Shown piece by piece: positions 1 to 4,287 of a stretch of DNA of 4,287 bases. The position numbers and the translations under genes are program-made. Within the stretch, counting starts at the first letter, position 1; every line of letters starts with the position of its first letter. Origin of the DNA: a virus (lineage: Duplodnaviria; Heunggongvirae; Uroviricota; Caudoviricetes); IMG/VR virus record IMGVR_UViG_2547132274_000008, positions 1 through 4,287 of that record. One strand, given 5' to 3'. The notes beneath the pieces are model-generated. The model searched no databases and was not told the origin of the DNA. It saw nothing but the letters and a program-made list of their open reading frames with translations.

Positions 1-5
1 GTTTC

Positions 6-581
6 ATGATGCAAATTAAAAAAATCACCAGTCCCCGCTACACCGAGTCCGGTGCGATTGACTGCGACGTGCTGTTTGAAGGAATGGAAGACCCGCTTCC
101 GTACACAGCCACGCCAGAAGACACCGCGACGACAGGTCAGCAAATCTGGCAGGAACTGCAAAGCGGCAAATGGGGAGAAATCGCCACGTTCACTGTCACG
201 CCGGAACTTATCGCCGCGGCGAAGGATGCCAAAAAACGAGAAATCGAGCTCTGGCGCACAGAACAGGAAGCGCAGCCGTTCACGTTCGAATGGAACGGTC
301 ACGCCTGGAACGGCGGTGCAGACTCAATAAGTCGTATTGCGCCTGTGGCAATGGCTGCAAAGGTGGCAGGTACGCGGTCAACGCTTGGATGGGGGGATGC
401 AGCAAATAACCTTGTCACACTGACAATGGCGCAGATTCAGGAGCTGGCAGCCGCGATGGCACAGGCGCAGATTGATCGCAATGACGAGATTTATCGCCGT
501 CAGCGACAGATGAAGAACGTGCTGGATAGCCTTAATAATCTTGCCGACATCCGCGCTTTTCAGGCTGGAGAGTCAGAATGA
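6..581 (+). CDS. Putative phage tail-fibre assembly / tail assembly chaperone-like protein (DUF4376-like C-terminal block); function tentative
   Basis: 191-aa ORF with ATG at 6 and a second in-frame ATG at 9. Codon usage is enterobacterial-like, with G/C-preferred third positions (acg, gcg, ccg, ctg). Its TGA stop overlaps the next start (ATGA at 578-581). The C-terminal segment WGDAANNLVTLTMAQIQELAAAMAQAQIDRNDEIYRRQRQMKNVLDSLNNLADIRAF resembles, from memory, the conserved C-terminal block of DUF4376 tail-fibre assembly/chaperone proteins. Only 5 nt precede the ATG and there is no in-frame stop in them, so the true start and RBS may lie upstream of the window. Confidence 0.7.
   Translation: MMQIKKITSPRYTESGAIDCDVLFEGMEDPLPYTATPEDTATTGQQIWQELQSGKWGEIATFTVTPELIAAAKDAKKREIELWRTEQEAQPFTFEWNGHAWNGGADSISRIAPVAMAAKVAGTRSTLGWGDAANNLVTLTMAQIQELAAAMAQAQIDRNDEIYRRQRQMKNVLDSLNNLADIRAFQAGESE
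567..572 (+). promoter_or_regulatory. Shine-Dalgarno site (GGAGAG) for the ORF starting at 578
   Basis: GGAG core at 567-570, 7 nt upstream of ATG 578, inside the 3' end of ORF1. Consistent with translational coupling. Confidence 0.55.
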
Positions 582-1291
582 AATGGGAAAAGGCAATTCT
601 GCGCCCGTCAGCCATGAACATTAAATGCTCTGTGGTTTGCCTTCATCCATGGTCAGAAAATACCGGAAACATCAAACCATCGGGGCGTTATCTCAGCCCC
701 GAAAATGCTGTATCTGCACTTTTACCCTATCTGAAAGAAAGCACAGAAAAAGACATTGTGGCGCTATTGTTTTGCGCTCCTTCTGCTGGCGAGTTTTTAT
801 CACTCGCCAGGCAATTTTCAGGCGCATTTCCATTGCCAGAGGTGGGGCGAATGTCCCGCATGATTTCCAGTCAACTTTCACTGGCCATCAGCAGAATGCA
901 AATCCCCGCCAGACCGGCAACATCACTTCCGGAACCGATAATGCTGTCGACACAGACCACTCGCAGCATGTCGCTGGCAGCAACCATTGCACAGGCAGCC
1001 ACTCCTGCCGCCACATCACCGGAAACATTGTCATCATCGCTGCATCAGTTCATGAATGCGAGAGATAAAGCCTTGCAGGAAATCGCTGATCAGCAGGCCG
1101 CACTCCGGCAAAAATTTTGCCCGGTGTGGCGCTTTTGCTACAAGGGAGCCCTTAGCCAGGCTGCAGTGCTGATACAAAAAAACATCCCACACCCCGAGTG
1201 GGTTTTTACAGCTGTGATGCTGTTCGTCGGCGATAATCTCTCATCACTAAGGGGAGCACTACATGACCCAGATGATTGTCCTTGCGCTTGA
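578..1291 (+). CDS. Hypothetical protein, Ser/Ala/Thr/Pro-rich with a low-complexity central region; no recognisable family
   Basis: 237-aa ORF. ATG 578 overlaps the ORF1 stop (ATGA) and has a GGAG RBS at good spacing. Its 3' end overlaps the ORF3 start by 29 nt. Codon usage is noticeably poorer than its neighbours (several AGA/AGG/ATA/CTA/CGA codons), and the central segment SQLSLAISRMQIPARPATSLPEPIMLSTQTTRSMSLAATIAQAATPAATSPETLSSS is low-complexity. Kept as a CDS because of the RBS and the operon packing, but it is the least certain of the four. Confidence 0.5.
   Translation: MKWEKAILRPSAMNIKCSVVCLHPWSENTGNIKPSGRYLSPENAVSALLPYLKESTEKDIVALLFCAPSAGEFLSLARQFSGAFPLPEVGRMSRMISSQLSLAISRMQIPARPATSLPEPIMLSTQTTRSMSLAATIAQAATPAATSPETLSSSLHQFMNARDKALQEIADQQAALRQKFCPVWRFCYKGALSQAAVLIQKNIPHPEWVFTAVMLFVGDNLSSLRGALHDPDDCPCA
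1249..1256 (+). promoter_or_regulatory. Shine-Dalgarno site (AAGGGGAG) for the ORF starting at 1263
   Basis: Strong purine-rich SD 6 nt upstream of ATG 1263, embedded in the 3' end of the preceding ORF. Confidence 0.6.
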
Positions 1292-1838
1292 CGGGGAAGC
1301 CATTCTGCTGCGCAACATCACCGTCAGCGCCACCATGCAACTACCGGACAAAGATATGTCCGGACAGTCAACCAGCACCACGAGCGCCCAGCAGGGAAAC
1401 AAGGCTAAAGAGCTGCGCGTGTCGGGGGTTATTGATTTTAACGATGAAGCTATTCTGACCCGTATTTTTCAGCTTGCGGAGGCAACAGAAAGCAACGGTG
1501 CCAAAAAAACATATCGCATTGCTAACGCTACCGCGAAGGCAATCAATATGCGACAGGGGGTGTTTTCTGGTGGCATTGATGCCACGGAACAACAGGGAAA
1601 AATGCACTGGCAGATCACCTTTACTCTCAGGGAAAAATTAAGCGTGCCAGAGAAAGCATCCGCACGCAGCGGTTCGCAGAAAACCATCGCCAGACAGCAG
1701 ACCCAGAATGGCAGCGAACAGGTACCAGACAAAGGCATGAATACGCAAAGTTCGTTCTGGAAAAAAATCAATGATGCCGTTGGCTCTGGTCTGGATGCTG
1801 TTGGCATCGGGAGCGTGAAAGAGGAAGGGAAAACATGA
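1263..1838 (+). CDS. Hypothetical protein (191 aa); no recognisable family
   Basis: ATG 1263 is preceded by a strong SD (AAGGGGAG, 6-nt spacer). Codon usage is typical of enterobacterial coding sequence. The TGA stop at 1836-1838 overlaps the next start (ATGA at 1835-1838). The protein is hydrophilic and Q/S/T/K-rich, with no motif I can assign. Confidence 0.7.
   Translation: MTQMIVLALDGEAILLRNITVSATMQLPDKDMSGQSTSTTSAQQGNKAKELRVSGVIDFNDEAILTRIFQLAEATESNGAKKTYRIANATAKAINMRQGVFSGGIDATEQQGKMHWQITFTLREKLSVPEKASARSGSQKTIARQQTQNGSEQVPDKGMNTQSSFWKKINDAVGSGLDAVGIGSVKEEGKT
1821..1830 (+). promoter_or_regulatory. Shine-Dalgarno site (GAGGAAGGGA) for the ORF starting at 1835
   Basis: Purine-rich GGAAGG/AGGGA run 4-6 nt upstream of ATG 1835. 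Confidence 0.55.
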
Positions 1839-3532
1839 AATTGATACAACGCTGCATGATTAATGGCGAACGGGTGGAAATTGCCGATATAAGCCTTGTT
1901 CTTACCCTGAATGCTGCCGGTCGTGGCTTCATTTCTGTTAACAATCTGTCACCCGAACACAGCCTTGCCGGCGCAATGGTACAAATTGATCTCGGCCGTG
2001 ACGGTGAAGCATGGCGCTATTTCTCCGGCTACATTGAGCGCGATCAACCTGCTGAAAATGGCTCACGTCGCCTTTTTATTCGTGAAGCGGCTGCTGTGCT
2101 GGATTTTGATTTCCCCTGCTCCATGCAACACCCGACGTTGCGGGGGGTACTCGATAATCTGGGGCGACAAAGCGGTATCGTTTTTATCACTCCGGATGCG
2201 GATTATGCCAGTATACCAACTCCCTACATCACCCACAGCGGCAGCGGAGCACAACTGCTCAGCCAACTGGGGCGAGCATTCAGTATCAGCGATTACGTCT
2301 GGCACCCTATGCCGGACGGTTCTGTATTTGTGGGAAGCGCAGCTGATTCACGATTTGCCAGTATTACAATGCCGGATATTCCGCAACAGTACACACTCGG
2401 GCAAAGCGGCGGAAACAGCATCGACATCATGTTTATGGAAACTGTGCGACCGGGCGTGAACCTACCGGCCGGGCGCATTACCCGTGTAGCCCTCAACAAC
2501 GAGAAAATGACCCTGACATGGGAGCGCCTTACCGCCACGGGTAACCCTGTTTCCAAATCACCATTACGCAGACAAATGGAAACACAGTTCCCGGAACTGG
2601 CCAGCGGTACGCTACATACCCGGCTGGCGCGCGTCATTGCGCCAACGGAGCCCACCACCCTGGGCGATGTGGCCGACAGTTTCCGCCCACGCTACGCCGT
2701 CGATGTGCAGTTGCTTGATGAGAACGGCAACGATAAAAGCGATACGCCCGTTTACCCGGCAGTACCGCTCCCCGTCCCCATGGCTGGCAGTGAGGCGGGA
2801 TGTTTTGCCTACCCGCCGGCTGGCACCATCGTGGAAATATCCAACATTGAAGGACGACCGGATAAACCTGTCATCAGGCAAATCTTACCCGCTGGTCATA
2901 ACCTGCCTGATGTAAAGCCCGGCGAACAATTGCAACAACAGCGCGCAGAAGTGTTTCAGCGTGTCACGACTGACGGAAGCTGGCACAGAGAAACCGACCA
3001 GCAAATCAGGGAGCATTCAGCCAGGCGAACCATTAACAGCGATCAGGAAGAACGCACAACAACAACCAGAACAACAACAGTACAGGCAAACGACATAACC
3101 AGCGTTCTGGGAACCAGCAAGCTGATGACAGGTCAGACAGAACACATTACTACTGGCCATTATGCGATCGCAGCCGGTGAGCATATCCAGATGGTAGCGC
3201 AGGATTTGCTGACTAAACTCAAAGGGGCGACATCCACCATCGAGCATAACCTCACCGAAAACGTGGGAGGCCGCAGAACATGCCGGGCGGACGGCGGCCT
3301 GGAATTTACCGCCCCGACTGTATTTATTGGGCGCGGTGGCTCACGGGAAAAATCCGGACTTAATCTGCTGACGTTGTTGATTGATATTCTGGATCTGGTT
3401 CAGTTGCTGGCCACACACACTGCAAACCACACCCACAGCAACACTGGCGCACCAACAAACAGCAGCGAACTTGCCGCAGACGCCCAACAGGCTACGAGCC
3501 TGCGCGAAAAATACGGCGACCTTATCGCCTAA
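1835..3532 (+). CDS. Hypothetical large protein (565 aa); possibly a phage structural spike/baseplate-like protein or a novel accessory protein; function unassigned
   Basis: Longest ORF in the window. ATG 1835 is coupled to the upstream stop and has an SD. Codon usage is good throughout. The TAA stop at 3530-3532 is followed about 40 nt later by a hairpin with a T-tract. C-terminal features include a Thr-rich stretch ERTTTTRTTTV, a segment with glycines every 7-8 residues (SVLGTSKLMTGQTEHITTGHYAIAAGEH) and the His-rich motif ATHTANHTHSNTG near the end. The embedded overlapping ORFs on both strands are treated as shadow ORFs. Confidence 0.75.
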   Translation: MKLIQRCMINGERVEIADISLVLTLNAAGRGFISVNNLSPEHSLAGAMVQIDLGRDGEAWRYFSGYIERDQPAENGSRRLFIREAAAVLDFDFPCSMQHPTLRGVLDNLGRQSGIVFITPDADYASIPTPYITHSGSGAQLLSQLGRAFSISDYVWHPMPDGSVFVGSAADSRFASITMPDIPQQYTLGQSGGNSIDIMFMETVRPGVNLPAGRITRVALNNEKMTLTWERLTATGNPVSKSPLRRQMETQFPELASGTLHTRLARVIAPTEPTTLGDVADSFRPRYAVDVQLLDENGNDKSDTPVYPAVPLPVPMAGSEAGCFAYPPAGTIVEISNIEGRPDKPVIRQILPAGHNLPDVKPGEQLQQQRAEVFQRVTTDGSWHRETDQQIREHSARRTINSDQEERTTTTRTTTVQANDITSVLGTSKLMTGQTEHITTGHYAIAAGEHIQMVAQDLLTKLKGATSTIEHNLTENVGGRRTCRADGGLEFTAPTVFIGRGGSREKSGLNLLTLLIDILDLVQLLATHTANHTHSNTGAPTNSSELAADAQQATSLREKYGDLIA

Positions 3533-3570
3533 TCACCGGGCATAAAATCCACATAAACGCCCCATCACGC

Positions 3571-3596
3571 AACGCACGGTTCAGGCCGTGCGTTTT
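3571..3596 (+). terminator. Candidate rho-independent terminator for the four-gene operon
   Basis: Inverted repeat AACGCACGG (3571-3579) / CCGTGCGTT (3586-3594) with loop TTCAGG, followed by TTTT (3593-3596) then CAT. The T-tract is short, so this is a moderate-strength terminator at best. Confidence 0.45.
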
Positions 3597-3655
3597 CATA
3601 TCTGCCACCTGATTAATGCGTTCTGCGTGCCATTCCGGCGCTGTATGCGCACACC

Positions 3656-3693
3656 ACGTAAACGGTGTGACGTAAAGCGTGAGGTGACGTAAA
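3656..3693. repeat. Three direct repeats of ACGTAAA (two extended to GTGACGTAAA)
   Basis: ACGTAAA at 3656-3662, 3669-3675 and 3687-3693. The second and third copies share the longer unit GTGACGTAAA (3666-3675 and 3684-3693). Read directly from the sequence. Confidence 0.6.
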
Positions 3694-3799
3694 CCGCGCT
3701 ACCCCCTCCAACCCGCGGGTTTTGTCTCGAAACACTTTTTCAGTTTTCTGCCGTGCAAAAATGACCGCCAGCCCGCGCAGCAACTGAGGGAAAAGCGAA

Positions 3800-4057
3800 G
3801 ATCTGAAATTTCACGTTTTGAAATTTTTTGCAGTTTTCAGAGGGATTTTTACGATCTCATGAATGGCAAGAGAAAGAAAACAGGCTGATATTAAAAGAGT
3901 TTTTATACTTTACGTGGGACAAGACACGATCGCGAAAGGATCGCGTTAAACAACCCTCAAACAAAGAAGCCCGACGTAGCGCGGCCTGCGCAAAATCAAG
4001 AGTCAGAATTAAACTGAAAAAAGGATCAATACCGCGCCTCGATCGCACATGACGATC
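3800..4057. other. Dense cluster of GATC (Dam methylation) sites in non-coding DNA
   Basis: By manual count, GATC occurs at 3800, 3853, 3928, 3939, 4024, 4041 and 4054, which is 7 sites in 258 bp. The preceding roughly 3.8 kb holds 8 sites (474, 1088, 1613, 1988, 2042, 3041, 3166, 3392). Confidence 0.6.
3804..3813. repeat. Perfect 10-bp palindrome TGAAATTTCA with an adjacent TGAAAT half-site copy
   Basis: TGAAATTTCA at 3804-3813 is its own reverse complement. An additional TGAAAT lies at 3819-3824 within an A+T-rich stretch. Operator-like, but no cognate regulator is identifiable. Confidence 0.5.
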
Positions 4058-4074
4058 TACGCAGCAACAGGACG

Positions 4075-4097
4075 AAAAAAACCGGCGCGAACGCCGG
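4075..4097 (-). terminator. Rho-independent terminator on the minus strand
   Basis: Read on the minus strand: stem CCGGCG, UUCG tetraloop, stem CGCCGG, followed by seven T (plus-strand A-run 4075-4081; stems at 4082-4087 and 4092-4097). A GC-rich stem, a classic stable tetraloop and a U7 tract make a textbook intrinsic terminator. Confidence 0.65.
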
Positions 4098-4138
4098 CGG
4101 AAGCATGTATCAAATGCGTGACTGAATAATGTCTGCGG
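4075..4138 (-). ncRNA. Candidate small RNA (about 60-65 nt) between a minus-strand promoter and the minus-strand terminator
   Basis: A sigma70-like promoter on the minus strand (see 4145-4174) would start transcription near plus coordinate 4137-4139, and the strong terminator ends at about 4075. The predicted transcript is 5'-CGCAGACAUUAUUCAGUCACGCAUUUGAUACAUGCUUCCGCCGGCGUUCGCGCCGGUUUUUUU-3'. This is purely a sequence prediction; I do not recognise it as a known sRNA. Confidence 0.2.
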
Positions 4139-4144
4139 TCGGGA

Positions 4145-4174
4145 ATTTTACATCAGAAGGCTGATAAGTCTCAA
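4145..4174 (-). promoter_or_regulatory. Candidate sigma70 promoter on the minus strand (-35 TTGAGA, 18-bp spacer, -10 TAAAAT)
   Basis: On the minus strand, TTGAGA (plus 4169-4174) and TAAAAT (plus 4145-4150) are separated by 18 bp. Each hexamer matches consensus at 5 of 6 positions. Confidence 0.3.
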
Positions 4175-4178
4175 CGGA

Positions 4179-4208
4179 TTGAAACAAGGGAAAAAACCAG
4201 GCTAGAAT
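4179..4208 (+). promoter_or_regulatory. Candidate sigma70 promoter on the plus strand reading out of the window (-35 TTGAAA, 18-bp spacer, -10 TAGAAT)
   Basis: TTGAAA at 4179-4184 and TAGAAT at 4203-4208 with an 18-bp A-rich spacer. The predicted start is near 4215 and the target gene would lie beyond the window end. It sits back-to-back with the minus-strand promoter candidate. Confidence 0.3.
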
Positions 4209-4287
4209 TCGCGCGGGTGCCTTTCGGCTGATGGCTGGAGGGTAAACCCGAAGGCCGGATGTGGAAAGGCCCCGAGTCAACTTTAAC

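Noticed and set aside
52-409. Plus-strand alternative-frame ORFs 52-330 and 170-409 inside ORF1
   Set aside because: They are fully embedded in the longer ORF1 in other frames, their Arg/Cys/His-rich translations are typical of out-of-frame reads of GC-rich coding DNA, and they have no RBS.
625-1068. Plus-strand alternative-frame ORF (147 aa) and minus-strand ORF 693-881 overlapping ORF2
   Set aside because: The Cys/His/Arg-rich translation looks like junk and there is no Shine-Dalgarno site. The 578-1291 frame has the RBS and the operon coupling. Kept only as a caveat on ORF2.
1276-1849. Embedded ORFs overlapping ORF3 (plus 1276-1458; minus 1368-1607 and 1469-1849)
   Set aside because: These are shadow ORFs inside a well-supported gene, with no start context.
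1911-3247. Embedded ORFs overlapping ORF4 (plus 1911-2459 and 2637-2915; minus 2063-2305, 2293-2658, 2612-2881 and 3017-3247)
   Set aside because: All lie within the 565-aa ORF, which has consistent codon usage along its whole length. None has a convincing RBS.
1835-3532. Calling ORF4 outright as VgrG or a T6SS spike
   Set aside because: There are no neighbouring T6SS genes in the window, and the resemblance is limited to general C-terminal features. It is kept as a hypothesis rather than an annotation.
3711-3723. Palindrome ACCCGCGGGT followed by TTT, considered as a second plus-strand terminator
   Set aside because: The dyad leaves no loop (a perfect 10-bp palindrome), so a stable hairpin is unlikely, and the T-tract is short.
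3818-3856. Plus-strand promoter candidates in the A+T-rich core (for example TTGCAG, 17 bp, TACGAT)
   Set aside because: The -35 match is poor and there is no downstream gene with an RBS. Too weak to call from sequence alone.
3828-4052. Small basic ORF on the plus strand (74 aa, TTG start) and overlapping minus-strand ORF 3857-4048 (63 aa, GTG start)
   Set aside because: Both use non-ATG starts with no Shine-Dalgarno site and lie in an A+T-rich region where chance ORFs are common. The minus-strand ORF also sits downstream of the strong minus-strand terminator. They are more likely non-coding.
4104-4106. Short hydrophobic peptide ORF on the minus strand starting at the ATG at 4106-4104 (MLPPAFAPVFFVLLL...), considered as a type I toxin
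   Set aside because: The reading frame runs straight through the terminator hairpin and U-tract, has no RBS, and would not be contained in the predicted transcript.
4240-4270. REP-like motif (GCCGGATG...) near the window end
   Set aside because: Only the first 8 nt resemble the enterobacterial REP consensus. The rest of the palindromic unit is missing.
1-4287. CRISPR array, tRNA, rRNA, IS element or integrase
   Set aside because: There are no regularly spaced repeats with spacers, no tRNA-like cloverleaf segments or rRNA-like sequence that I can recognise, and no transposase or integrase-sized ORF with terminal inverted repeats.

Overview
This 4,287-bp window holds one plus-strand operon of four tightly packed, translationally coupled ORFs (6-581, 578-1291, 1263-1838, 1835-3532), followed by about 755 bp with no credible coding capacity. 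All calls rest on reading the sequence and the supplied ORF track; no database search or folding was run, and family resemblances are from memory. ORF1 ends in a block that resembles DUF4376-type phage tail-fibre assembly/chaperone proteins, which suggests a prophage or phage-derived context, probably enterobacterial by codon usage. ORF2, ORF3 and ORF4 match no characterised family I can name and are the best candidates for something undescribed; ORF4 (565 aa) has a C-terminus with spike-like features (Thr-rich linker, roughly 8-residue glycine periodicity, H-x-H tip). The downstream non-coding stretch is unusually long and dense in signals: a plus-strand terminator hairpin, three ACGTAAA direct repeats, a 10-bp perfect palindrome, 7 GATC sites in 258 bp, a strong minus-strand intrinsic terminator paired with a minus-strand sigma70-like promoter about 60 nt upstream (candidate small RNA), and a plus-strand promoter reading out of the window. 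I found no rRNA, tRNA, CRISPR array, IS element or integrase.
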